Shown in pieces: positions 37,281-48,648 of a stretch of DNA of 64,000 nucleotides. The stretch is from Octopus sinensis. Its lineage: Eukaryota. A program made the position numbers and the translations under genes. Positions within the stretch are counted from its first letter, which is position 1; every line of letters begins with the position of its first letter. A model generated the notes under the pieces. That model did not search any database and had not been told where the DNA came from. It was given only the letters and a program-made list of their open reading frames with translations. Location of the stretch: contig NC_043010.1 in NCBI RefSeq assembly GCF_006345805.1, positions 44,144,001 to 44,208,000 on the forward strand, read 5' to 3'.

Positions 37281-37556
37281 TATTACCTCTGCCTTAGCAA
37301 AGGCAGAGGTATTGTTTTCAGTCATATTTGTTTGTTTGTCCATGGACAAAATATCTCAAGAACTGCTGGATGGATTTGGATGAAACTTTCAGGGATGTTT
37401 GGCCTCGTGACTGGCACAAACTGATTATATTTTGGAATTGATGCGGTACCGGAGAAGGATTCCGGATTATCTTTCCGCTTTTTTAAACTTAATTTTTGAG
37501 AACTGTTGGGTTCATTTTTAGTATTCTCATTTGTGAGAGCAGTCGAGTTTATTTCA
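37281..37556 (+). mobile_element. Helentron/DINE-1-like non-autonomous element, truncated by a family B repeat
   Basis: Begins TATTACC with a 12-bp hairpin tacctctgcctt-agca-aaggcagaggta, then (tttg)n and ggatggatttggatgaaacttt, typical of such elements. Confidence 0.55.
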
Positions 37557-37890
37557 TCATCATCATCATCGTTTAACGTCTGCTTTCTATGCTAGCATGG
37601 GTTGGACGAATGACTGAGAGCTGGCGAACCAGATGGCTGCACCAGGCTCCAATCTTGATCTGGCAGTGTTTCTACAGCTGGATGCCCTTCCTAACACCAA
37701 CCACTTCGAGAGTGTAGTGGGTACTTTTACGTGCCAGTCAGGCGGTACTGGCAATGACCTCGCTCAAATCTTTTACACATTCCACCGGCACAGGTGCCAG
37801 TAAGGCGATGCTGGTAACGATCACGCTTTTACGTGCTACCGGCACGGAGGCCAGATAGCCGCTCTGGCAACGATCACGCTATGATGGTAA
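37557..37890 (-). mobile_element. Family B RTE-tail element with internal tandem repeats
   Basis: (CAT)n tail, gtttaacgtc..ctatgctagcatggg, ggatgcccttcctaacaccaacc, and gtgcc-accggcac repeats. Confidence 0.85.
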
Positions 37891-37914
37891 TTTTACAAAT
37901 CATCTCTGGCTAAT

Positions 37915-38220
37915 CGTTGCCTTTCATCCTTTCAGGGTCAATAAAATAAGTACCAGCTGAGCACTAGGGTTGATGTAACTGACTTACTCACTCCTTGAAA
38001 TTGCTGGCCCTCTGTTAAAATTTGAATTATTATTATCATTTAGGCAGCAAGCTGGCAGAATCAGTTAGTATGCTGGACAAAATGCTTAGTGGCATTTCTT
38101 CCAGCTCTTTATGTTCTGAGTTCAAATTCTGCTGAGGTCAACTTTCCCTTTCATCCTGTCAGGTTACGGTAACTGACTAGGCAGCACTCCCACAAATTTT
38201 GGACCCTGTGCCTATAGTAG
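37915..38220 (+). mobile_element. Two tandem SINE family C copies (one partial)
   Basis: gcctttcatcctttcagggtcaataaaataagtacc core; second copy starts taggcagcaagctggcagaatc. Confidence 0.8.
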
Positions 38221-38834
38221 AAAGGACGACTGCGGCTGCTGCTACTGCTACTACTACAGTATCAGAAAAATGCCTTGTAGTATTTGTTCTGGTCCTTTAC
38301 ATTCTGAGTTTAAACACCACTGCTGCTGCTACTACTACAGCTTTATTTGTCATATGACATAACTTTGGAAGTATACTTTTGCCACCATATCAAGAAATAT
38401 GGCATACATACAATAATTACAATTTACCTTTTATCAAATTTCTTGGTGCTTATACAAAATGATGACATGAATACTAATTTTCTTAAGAAAAATATTTATT
38501 ACCTTAATATAAAATTAAATAAAACAAATTCTTCATTTGTATAACTCTTCCCATGACTACTCTATCATTTATACTCTCTTCTCCTCTTCCTCTCTCTCTG
38601 ATTCTTCCCTTCTTATTGTATGTGTAATGTTCCATTATTCATTGCCTGCAACCAGGCCTAGAATGTGCACTCATTCTGTACCTCATAAGTTACTTTCTTT
38701 TTCTCTCTATACAATGGAAAGCTTGATTGGAGAAATCAACCATGCAACCATTCTTTACTTTGGCTATTATGTTTTTTAATGACTGAAAAGAAAAACAAAG
38801 AAAAAAAAACAGTTGCTAAAAAAAAGTTTCTTAC

Positions 38835-38927
38835 TTTCTTAAAACCTTCTACAACATTTTTTGTTTTCTCGTAACGTCGATGAAGATCTGAGAATGCCGT
38901 TTCCACAGACTGTAAATCTTCAAGGGC
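38835..38927 (-). CDS. TACC: TACC coding exon (ALEDLQSVETAFSDLHRRYEKTKNVVEGFKK)
   Basis: cttcag|GCC acceptor, AAA|gtaaga donor; 93 nt, phase 0 to 0. Confidence 0.95.
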
Positions 38928-39127
38928 CTGAAGAAATATAAAGAAAAAACAACATCAAATGTGATATTATACACACACACACACACACACAAATCTTGAA
39001 GACACTTCAGGAAAGCTAAAAATACGTGAAAAGCTGACAAAATATAATAATGATGTAGAGGTTTCCCACTGGTTTGTAACACTGAAATATAGCCAGGCCT
39101 TCTAAGGAATTCTTTCTTAAGCAGGAA

Positions 39128-39515
39128 AGGTGCAAGTGTGGCTGTGTGGTAAGAAGTTTGCTTCCCAACCACACGGATTCTGGGTTCAGTCCCACTGTGT
39201 GGCACCTTGGGCAAGTGTCTTTTACTGTAGCCTTGGGTCGACTAAAGACTTGTGAGTGGATTTGGTAGACAGAAATTGAAAGAAGCCCATCGTGTATGTG
39301 TGTGTGCCTTTGTGCTTGTCCCCTCATCGCCACTTGACAACTGGTGTTGGTGTCTTTTACCTCCTTGTAACTTAGTGGTCCAGCAAAAAGGACTGATAAA
39401 ATAAGTAACTAGGCTTAAAACAGTCATTTATGGGGTTGATTTGTTCAGCTAAAACTGTTCAATGCAGTGCCCAGCATGGGTGCAATCAAAAGACTGAAAC
39501 AAGTGAAAAATGAGA
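39128..39515 (+). mobile_element. Full-length tRNA-derived SINE (family A)
   Basis: tRNA-like head (A box tggctgtgtggtaag, B-box-like gggttcagtccca), central (GT)n, tail cagcatgg..caatcaaaagactgaaacaagtgaaaaa. Confidence 0.85.
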
Positions 39516-39790
39516 GATAAGTAAAAATGTTCATTAATAGGTTAAGTATAATCTAGTAAAGTCCAGCAGCGATGATAATATCAAGAGAAACTAACTTCGG
39601 CATCTTACTGAAGCCCACTCGAAATAGAGAAGAAAATAGACATTATAAGACAAAAGAATAAAAAAAAGGTAAAAACTAGAGTAAAATAGAAATGATAATG
39701 TAGTCTAATTCAGAAATAAAAGGTAAAAACAAAATAATATAAAACAACTTACAAACTTACAACACTGAGAATAAATAGTAATAAACTTAC

Positions 39791-39858
39791 TTGATCACGT
39801 TCCCGTATTAGAGTTTCCATTGATTCCTGGGAGGCACTTTTCGACTTTTCTTTTTCAG
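39791..39858 (-). CDS. TACC: TACC coding exon (AEKEKSKSASQESMETLIRERDQ)
   Basis: atccag|CT acceptor, CAA|gtaagt donor; 68 nt, phase 1 to 0. Confidence 0.93.
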
Positions 39859-40424
39859 CTGGATGAATGAAAGGAATATGTTTAGTGTGTGTGATGTATA
39901 TATATATAGAGAGAGGGAGAGGGAGAGAAAGAGAGAGAGAGAGATTTCAAAATGATGTAAACATAAATGACGAATTTGCTGATGAAATCAGAATAATAAT
40001 GAAACATGTACAGAGTTGTCTCTCACATTTACTGAAAAATAATGAAAAAGATATCTTTTTTCTCATTGCCTATTTACTTTTAGTTATCTTTTTAATGTTG
40101 GAAGCATTAAAAGCCAGTTGCAAATAAATATATGGTGAGGAGAAAGAAAAAAAAAATATTAGTTAATTTGTTGGTCCAGGAAAATAGAATTGTTTTAAAA
40201 GAAAATAGTGACAGTCAGTTGTTAATTGTTTTTTTTTAATCATATTTTTATTTCTGTTTAACATTTTTCAAACTCTATGCATTAAAAGCATAGAGTTTAA
40301 ACACTAACTTAACTACTGTTTCTTATATAGATAGCATCTTTGCATAATTTCATTTTTAATAATTGAGAAATTTTAAAGCAGATGAGAAACTTCTAAATGG
40401 TATTTTTTACTCTTGGTAGGTCCA

Positions 40425-41030
40425 TCATTATCAGCATCATCGTATAAAGTCCATTTTCCATGCTGGCATGGGTCGGTCAGTTTGATGAGAGCTGGTAAGG
40501 CTAGGGGCTGCACTAAGCTCCGTTGTCTGTTCTGGTATGATTTCTAGGGCTGGATGCCCATCCTAATAACACACAACCTTACAGAGTGTACTGGGTGCTT
40601 TTTACGTGGCACCATCACTGGTATCAATTCTGCTGTGGTGTACACAACTTCTTGAGTACAACAAGGTGTAAGATATCTTGGTCCTTAGTCATCTCCTTTG
40701 TAAGGCTGTCTTGAGATCAGCTTTCAGTACTTTGTCCCATGTCTTTCTGGGTCTCTCTCTTCCAGAAATTCAGTCCACAGAAGTGACTGGCACTTCTGTA
40801 CGCAAACTGTCTACATCAATATGACCAAATTAGCAGTGTCTTCTCTCTTGTACACCGCATCTAATTCCTCTTATGTCCAACTTTTCTCTCAATACATAAG
40901 TGTTCTGTTGCACATGTACACTGACATTGCACATCCAGCAGAGCATACTAGCTTCATTCCTCTCTAGCCTTCACATATCTTCTGCATTCAAGGTCCACAT
41001 CTCACTATCATGTAGCATTGCTGTTTGTAA
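40425..41030 (-). mobile_element. RTE LINE 3' ~600 bp (ORF C-terminus and 3' UTR)
   Basis: Reverse: AMLHDSEMWTLNAEDM*RLERNEASMLCWMCNV...GRERPRKTWDKVLKADL, then the family B tail. Confidence 0.88.
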
Positions 41031-41186
41031 TGCAGCTTAAGGCCATTTCAACTTTTACTGAAACAATCTTAATTCCTTATTTCCATGAAATCTTTCAGGA
41101 AGTATACTTTCTTCCAGGAAATTAAACTACTTAAAAAAACTGAGAAGAAAAAGGGAGAGAGCATTTTTAAGCATTTTTAGATTTAC

Positions 41187-41230
41187 CTTGTAACTGTGAA
41201 ATTGTTTTTTCAAATTCTGCCACAATCAGC
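41187..41230 (-). CDS. TACC: TACC coding exon (LIVAEFEKTISQLQ)
   Basis: tttcag|G acceptor, G|gtaaat donor; 44 nt, phase 2 to 1. Confidence 0.93.
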
Positions 41231-42507
41231 CTGAAATAAAATAATAAATATTGTTCTATCATATACAACGAAGAGACAAAACAATTAACAAGAAAACATA
41301 TGCTAACCGTATTCTACAACAACTATTTAATGATAATGTAATATATAGCAACTTTAACGAATATTGCAACACACATGCCGGTGAGAGACTGCATCTTGGT
41401 AATTTGTTCAAGTTCATAGTTTCAGCCAAACAAATCTATATTGATAAAAATCAATTGTTTCAAAAGCCTAGTCTCAACACAGGTGAATTTTCCTCTTAAG
41501 TTAAAAAAAAAGATCTTGTAAATTTGATTTAAAGGCAATTTATTGCTTCAATATCAGAGATCTGTTTTAACAAAAGAAGTACAATTACCTAACAATTTAG
41601 TATTTATAATTCTAAATTTGGCCTAACTTAGTCACACTAAAAGAATAAACTGTTTTGTTTTTGCATTGAAATTAATTTTGACCTTGAGTAAAATATTTGG
41701 TACTTTTCATTAATTTATTGATAAACTAAACTAGAGTCTGAAGTATAACTAAAAGGTCTTAGATGAAACTAAGATGGACTTTTCAACCAACTGAAATCTC
41801 ATGCTATTCTTCAAGTAATAATGAGATTTTAATTTAGATATGAATTCAAAACATTAGACATCAAACTACAAAGGTTTATCTCTTATTCAATTGAGGTGAT
41901 TAAAACATCGCACACTTTGATTAAACAAGGCATGTTACTATTTTGATAAGGCTTTGATAATTTAAAGAACATAATCTTAATGAAAACAACAATTATTTAC
42001 ACAAAAATAAAATTTCTTCCAGAAGTATTTCTATATGAGCAAAATAGTTTTCAACTACCTACAAACTGACCTTACTAGTAATGGTACTGCATCATTTGAT
42101 AGTTACTAGATGTAAAAGAATTAAATGAAGATATTGATGACTCTGTGAAAGATGTGTAAGGTTAACATACAAATTTATCTAACCTGCTCTGTGATGGAAA
42201 AAAATGGTTATCAAATTTTTGAAAATAGCACTTAGAGATTTAAAGGTTGAAATGCTAAAGTTGTGAATTGATTAAGAACAGAGGAGTTGATAAATTCAAA
42301 TGAATGTCTCTAGGCAAAGAACATCACTTTATTTTCTTCACCCAAGCTAGTTGAAAATGCGTCCCAATCATATCAGAAGTTCAGTGGTCAACGTTAGGAA
42401 AGTCATTCAACAATTAAAAGAAATTAGTAGAGTAAAATAAAAATAACACTCAGCCACAAAACCCCACCCAAAATATTTGAAAAAGTACAGCTATCAAAAC
42501 CCAGTTA

Positions 42508-42902
42508 TCTTTATATATAAAAGTAAGGTTGTGTGCTGTCTGTCTCCTACGATTTAGATTCCTAACTACTCCCACATTTTGTGGTGCAGTTTAACCAAAA
42601 CCGGGTATCTTATAGTCGTGATTCATATCGAGCCCTTCGGGTATTAGCGTGCGTCTACGATGAGTCTATGATTTTAAAAATAATTTACCATCAATTTTTC
42701 CCATTTTTAATGCATTTTTGGCATATATAAGGGAAGTAACTCTCTAAAAATGTATTATTAAATCTCAGAACGTAAAAAGCTACAGTAACACCCCTCCTTT
42801 GTGGTTAGCCATATTGAGATGGCTATTATACTTTACATCTTTAAAAATGCTTATATAGTTATTTCCCTTACAAACCCGAGCAACGCCGGGCGATACTGCT
42901 AG
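42508..42902 (+). mobile_element. Non-autonomous Helitron with intact termini
   Basis: A|TCTTTATATATAAAAG start with ctgtctgtct; 3' hairpin cccgagcaacgccggg about 8 nt before the terminal CTAG|T. Confidence 0.88.
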
Positions 42903-42953
42903 TATTTTATAAGAACAAAAATGAAGTTAATATTTAAACTATGACTAACTGAC

Positions 42954-43153
42954 CTCATATCTTCATTGGATTGTTTCAAGTTCCGACATTGGTCATCGAG
43001 TAACATAATTCTCTTTTCATGGTCAGTGATACGACGCTCCTTCTCTGCCAGCTTCTTGCTCCAATCCTTCTCCTTTTGGAGTAGCCGCGTCTGAAATTCC
43101 AGCTCTTGTTCCTGCTTCATTTTGTTCCACTCTGATTGGGAATATTTCAGAAC
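42954..43153 (-). CDS. TACC: TACC coding exon (VLKYSQSEW...QSNEDM-R)
   Basis: gaaacag|GTT acceptor, AG|gtcagt donor; 200 nt, phase 0 to 2; overlaps ORF 42899..43165. Confidence 0.93.
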
Positions 43154-44710
43154 CTGTTTCCACATTTGTGGAAGAGAGAATAAGAGGTAAATTTTAGTAT
43201 ATAAAAGATATTTATCTTTATACCAGGCTCACATGACAAAGCTAAATAACAATTGTATAACAATAAAAGAATCCTTTACCATCTAAAATTGAAATGCTTA
43301 AATTCAAAGAGCTAAAACAAAATCTTAGATTTCCCTTGCATTTAATTTTTGATATTTCACAAATGGGATTTCTTGGAACTTTACACATTTCCATGAATTG
43401 CTGAGAGAAACGATTTACAGCAGTTGAGCAAGTGTAGTACTGATTAATGTTCTCAGCCTGGAAATAAGTGCAATGCAATATTTGTGGGAAAAACTGGGTA
43501 GTTTAGTGATTCAAATTCCATATATCTATCAAACGAAAACAAAATAAACCAAACATATAATGAGTAAAAGAGGGCAATAAGGAGGTTTCATAGGAAAGAT
43601 TTTGTATGTAATATATATTAACATTATATATATATATATAATGTTAATATATTAACTTATAATACTATAACGCAAACAAAGAATGACAAAATAACTAATC
43701 AATTTAGACAAATTGCACTGATATTTGTCAGAGTTTGCATTTAATTTTCATAATTGCTGAAAGAGCTTTTGGGAGGAAGATGCTTTTCTCTTGTGTTATG
43801 TTACTGAAATTAAAATATCAACTTGTTGATGGTGGATGTTTATCTGGTATCAACTTTTCCAGCAACATTTTTCCCAGTGAGTCAATGATGATGCCTCTGG
43901 GTGGTCACCTGACCTATTAGAAATATCAGTTGATTGTTTTAAGTAAGGATACACTGTGTAATGTTGTCGGAGATATGACCCTAAAAGGAGTGGTGGCTAT
44001 ACCTAGAAATCCTTTCATCATAAGCCTGCTTGATCAGGGTTGTTCTAAGGCTGAACAACATTGTTTTCTGATCAAATTTTACATAAAAGAGTTTATGTAT
44101 ACTTATAAGTATACTAACAAAGAAGCATACTCCACTCCTTCTTAATTAAAAGAAGAGGAAATAAGACAATGTTGTTCAATATACATTAAGATGGAAAGGA
44201 CATGGGTGGAATGCTTTTTATCATAGGTCTGTTTGATTAAACTTGGGGCTAAACAACAATCACAGAAATGTCAAAAATAGCCCAACAGAATATTCTGTGA
44301 TTTAGGAGTACCACCTTACATTAACTCAAGTACAACTCATTTATTATTCAACTAATGGTACTTTGCGAGTCAAAGATCGATTCAAACCTGACTGTAATAT
44401 TAGTGGAGTAATTTTGTGGATCATTCTGCTACAAAGTATGAGGGAGGCCTCTTGTAGCACATCTGGATTACAACTTTAAACATTGTCCAACACTGTCTAT
44501 TAGACAAAATTTACCAGATGATTCTCTCATGGAATTAAAACAAAGATGTCTTTTCATATATATATATATGTGTGTAAATAATTCAATTAGAGGTTATGTT
44601 GGCCTCATGAAGGGAAGCTGTCATCCAAAGAAATATTGGTTCAATACCTAATATTTTTTTTGGGGGGGGGGGGGATAAATATCCATAAAATAATAGGTTT
44701 ATAATCATGG

Positions 44711-45142
44711 AAATGAAGAATAAGAAACCGGAGAAATTGAAGTTAATAAGGGTTTATTATTGGCAAAAAAACCCAAAAAAACTGATCATTATGCCTTACA
44801 GCTGTTTCAATTAAGCCCAGTGAAGTTAAATAAATGCTAAAATCATATTTCTGAGCATAATCTCTTCAGAAGGAGAAAAAAAAACCCCATAGGTGTATAC
44901 TTTGTGTTAGTTTGCAGAATCATCACGGCAGACTCTGCCTTGATGATTCTACAAACCTCCAAAAAATCTAAGAGTATATATATTTTTTCTCCCTCTGAAG
45001 AGATTGCGCTCAGAAATATAATTGTAACTTTTATTTAAGTTCACTGAGTTTAATTGAAGCAGCTGTAAGGAATAACGATGGATTTTTTGGCCAATAATAA
45101 ACTCTTATTAACTATAATATCTCTATTTTCTTATTCTTCATA
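44711..45142. repeat. ~430-bp quasi-palindrome (foldback) centred at 44933
   Basis: Arms match by reverse complement: ggcaga-c-tctgcc at the centre, ccttacagctg/cagctgtaagg, and agttaataagggtttattattggc/gccaataataaactcttattaact. Confidence 0.9.
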
Positions 45143-45149
45143 TAAATAT

Positions 45150-45159
45150 ATTTCATCTA

Positions 45160-45225
<66 letters not shown>

Positions 45226-45305
45226 ATCTCTATATTTATATATATATATATATATATAGCTATATATATATATATGTATGTATATATGTGTGTGTGTATA
45301 TATAT
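45150..45305. repeat. (CT)n(AT)n(GT)n compound microsatellite
   Basis: Directly visible. Confidence 0.9.
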
Positions 45306-45440
45306 ATTCTTTTACTTGTTTCAGTCATTTGCCTGTGGCCATGCTGGAGCATTGCCTGAGTACATATTCAGTCGGTTCTTTTGTTGAACCACTAAGTTAT
45401 GGGAATGTAAACATACCATCATCAGTTGTAAGCTACTTAC

Positions 45441-45469
45441 AGCCAATCCTGTTAAATCTTGTGTTCCTG
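45441..45469 (-). CDS. TACC: Probable 29-nt TACC micro-exon ((A)GTQDLTGLA) with NAGNAG acceptor
   Basis: tttacag|CAG|GAAC acceptor and GCT|gtaagt donor; open in the phase (1 to 0) required by the next exon. Confidence 0.65.
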
Positions 45470-45489
45470 CTGTAAAGCTTTACTTCTAC

Positions 45490-45780
45490 ATATGCCAGCT
45501 TAATTTAATTCGTCCTTAGTCGAAAGACACCTGTTGTTTTTTTTCCCCGTTCTTGTTTTCACATACATTTGCTGCTTCCTTCCAAGGAATCTAATGCCCT
45601 TAGCTTATTTTTTTCCCTTGGGGCTGGCCAGATTGGAGCAATCTCGAGTATAACCAAAGATAATTGCAAAGATAATCTGGAACTCGACTGAGGATAGAAA
45701 ACTGAATGACCCGTCTTTGTTTTCTTTGTATCGTCTGTCTGGATGTTTTGCATTCTTGTCCCATTTTTATATTTTTTATA
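45490..45780. mobile_element. Unclassified interspersed repeat
   Basis: GC-richer block (ggctggccagattggagcaatctcgag...ctggaactcgactgagg) between the micro-exon and a microsatellite; recalled as a common octopus repeat, class unknown. Confidence 0.35.
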
Positions 45781-45809
45781 TATAAAATATAGCAGTGTAC
45801 GTACACTTT

Positions 45810-45811
45810 GG

Positions 45812-45866
<55 letters not shown>

Positions 45867-45880
45867 ATATATATATATAT
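45810..45880. repeat. (CT)n(CA)n(TA)n compound microsatellite
   Basis: Directly visible. Confidence 0.9.
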
Positions 45881-47374
45881 GCAAAGAGACACATACGCAA
45901 AATTGTAGGATTTAAACATATTCAGCCGTTCCTTTTCTTCTCTAGGCTCTTCTTCTCATTTACATATGTTTTTTCTTCACTCTGATGAAGCTCCATGTTC
46001 CCGATCGGTTTTATTACCAGATATGATGAATATTATTTTTAGCATATCAATGGCAATACTAAATAACACTGGAAGCAGAAACAGCTGTTAGATGGGATAC
46101 AGTCTATTTGTATTGAATTAAAAAAATAATAATTGATGCCAGTCAATTGCTGTTGATCAATACTTCTCCATTTTTTGTTTACTTTAAATTTGATTCCTGA
46201 TAAACTCGTGTTTATCCTTGTCATTGCCTGTAATCTATGAGCATAATATGCTTGCGTATGTATGTCCAGGGTTAACATAGGTAATTATACCGGTAGTATA
46301 ATTCATACTTTCATGCCTTAGACGGTTATTCCAACCTATAACTCTGCTAACCGTTACACATGTATATACACACACATACATATATATATATATATACACA
46401 TATTAATGTAAAATTGTTTTACTTATAAACTTGTTTTTATTGAACAAGAAAAACAAAACAAATTTATAATACATACATATATATAAAAAAGATAATTCAT
46501 GTCAAAGAACAAAAATAAAATAAAACAAATTTTTATATATTTTTAGATAAATTTATATGATGATGTAAATAGTTAGTTCAGTGAAGGTTTGAAGCAGAAA
46601 TATTAAACTGCCCTGACACCAGGTGCAAACCCCAACCAGAAGCTTATATATTAATGATTAAATAAGATGAGAGTAAAATTTTAAGTTTGGTGTGAATGAC
46701 AAAGTAACAGCAAATGTTAAAATATGGGGAGGGGGAAAGCAAGAGCGTATGTGAGATTGTGACTGAAATTTCATCTAAAGTGGCTCACCAGATCTGATAA
46801 GCAGTTCATGGCAAATCTTAAGCCAGTCACTCTCAACACATGTGTTTTGAGTTTTTTTTTTTTTCAGTAAAGATTGTCTACTGTTTTTGATTTACCTTAA
46901 AAGCCACACACACACACACACACACCAGTAAATCTATTCAAATACAAGTTACCAGACTGCAAACATATATTTGTTATGTTGTTTACCAAGGGTTTTAACA
47001 AAAAAAATGCCAATACAGTTATCTGACCTTCTAATCTGTGTCCAAATAAAACCTTGGAACAGGTATGGTTAGAGCACTCTTGATATCGAAAAGGAATTTT
47101 ATTCCATTTATGAGAATTATTTTACACACAGGCACATTTTAATCTCTGGAAGAAATCAACTGTTTCAGAACAGGAGATGAATTTTGCCAGATTTTAAAAA
47201 TCACCCAAGACATATTGTATGTCAAGAGGTAATATTTATCTTCATTTAAATGTGACTGTTCTATTAGAACAAACTATACAGTGGTAGATATCATGAAAGA
47301 AACTCAAATATTGGCTTTTGGTACAAAATGCACTCTTAAGTCAATGCAAGGGTTTTTGTTTCTCATTTCACTAC

Positions 47375-47550
47375 CACTGCTTGGTTTTTCTACATTTCCA
47401 TGACTCAGCAGTTTGGTAACAGACTAACAGAATAAGTATCAGTCTTAAAAAAAAAAAGAACAAAAAAAAATGTTATTTGACTAAAAGCCTAGAAGGTGGT
47501 GCCCCAGTATGGCTGCAGTCCAATGACTGAAACAATAAAGGATAAAAGAA
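47375..47550 (+). mobile_element. Degenerate SINE family A 3' part
   Basis: aacagaataagtatc...gaaggtggtgccccagtatggctgcagtccaatgactgaaac. Confidence 0.65.
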
Positions 47551-48426
47551 AAAATATATATCCATAAAAATGTGTGTGTGTATAATCATAAACAAACATA
47601 GAGCAAATTGATGGAGTATGGAGGAGAGGCCCATTTCATTGCCTGGATAAGTGAATAAATGAATATGATCAGATGATGCACTCTAGAAGGTTTCAATAGC
47701 ATCACAGAGATAAAATAAAGATAAAAATCATTATAGACAATAGAAATTAGACCAGTCATAAAGCAGCTAACTGAAGTATAACTGAAGTATAACTAGACAA
47801 GGTATAAATAATATAACCAAAAGTTTGTCTAACAAAAACAATTGGTAATCAAAATAAAAAAGCCATTCCAGACATTTAAATAGGAGAGGCAAAACAAAAA
47901 AGAAAAACAGAAATGGCATATATTTCTGCTGTTGTTGTTGTTGGTATAATTAGTATCATTTTCTTATACAGCAAATGTCCTCAGCAAACAAACTCTGTCT
48001 CCGGATTTATATACGTTTCCAAACTGTTTTACATTTGTGAAAGACATGAACAGTAATATGTGGATTCATGCCAATGTTGAGCAATCACAATCATCATTGT
48101 ATCATTGTTCAATAAAATATAACAGCAATGTATAATGAACATAGTAATAACTCTCTCTGTTCAATATAAAATACTGCCTTCTTTATATTGGCATCATAGC
48201 CAATGCTATCATCTAGAATACTCTCTATAACTGTTTTTGATATGAGGTTATCCTCCTCTACAAAGCTATCCAGATAAGTGCATCAAATATGAATGAAATA
48301 ATATAATCTGATTTCTTTCTATGAGTCATTTGCTTCTCAACTCAATGTTATCCACTTCACAAACAAGTATGAATGTATGCACTTGGTAAACAAGGCACAG
48401 TAACTAAGATGTTAGAGATTCTAGTG

Positions 48427-48648
48427 CTGTGTTTCTCAACCATTTTTTGCTTATTGATTTCTATTTTACTTGGATGTGCCCTCACAGCTATTCAATGTTT
48501 TAAAAATCCCATTATATTTTCATAATTAAATAATATTAGGAATCCTATAAAAAATTAAAATATTTTGTGTATTGTAGAGGTATAACCAATTTATTGTACC
48601 TACATTTTAGAAACTAAATCTCATATGCACCCCAGTTGAGAAGCACTG
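48427..48648. mobile_element. hAT-type MITE
   Basis: TIRs ctgtgtttctcaac / gttgagaagcactg; 8-bp flanks ttctagtg / tacaagtg (6 of 8 match). Confidence 0.65.

Larger units (their letters stand above)
32617..45469 (-). other. TACC: TACC (transforming acidic coiled-coil) family gene, C-terminal TACC-domain exons; N-terminal exons unresolved or upstream
   Basis: Hand-spliced ORF: ...GTQDLTGLAVLKYSQSEWNKMKQEQELEFQTRLLQKEKDWSKKLAEKERRITDHEKRIMLLDDQCRNLKQSNEDMRLIVAEFEKTISQLQAEKEKSKSASQESMETLIRERDQALEDLQSVETAFSDLHRRYEKTKNVVEGFKKNEEILKKCVQDYQQKITRAEQKLAAIRQQAEDKLEKANSEIDKVRRSTSAEIAKLEAALKKSEVQVQSMERTIEQKALENQELTAICDELIAKVGDVS*. It matches remembered TACC-domain motifs (IVAE(Y/F)EKTI, DL-SVE--FSDL--RYEK, EG(F/Y)-KNEE-LK-C, ELT-ICD(E/D)LI-K). 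Splice phases are all consistent. Confidence 0.95.

Noticed and set aside
39128-39200. tRNA gene
   Set aside because: A/B-box-like head runs directly into a SINE body; no complete cloverleaf; other decayed copies are present.
43735-43920. Extra TACC exon or independent ORF
   Set aside because: No frame gives a TACC-like peptide with usable splice phases; stops occur in the compatible frames.
44990-45030. Hammerhead core CTGAAGA...GAAA inside the foldback arms
   Set aside because: Extra A before GAAA, only a 2-bp stem II, and no stem I pairing in either arm.
45559-45985. ORFs of 80-113 aa on both strands
   Set aside because: They span (CT)n(CA)n(TA)n microsatellites; the translations are dipeptide repeats.
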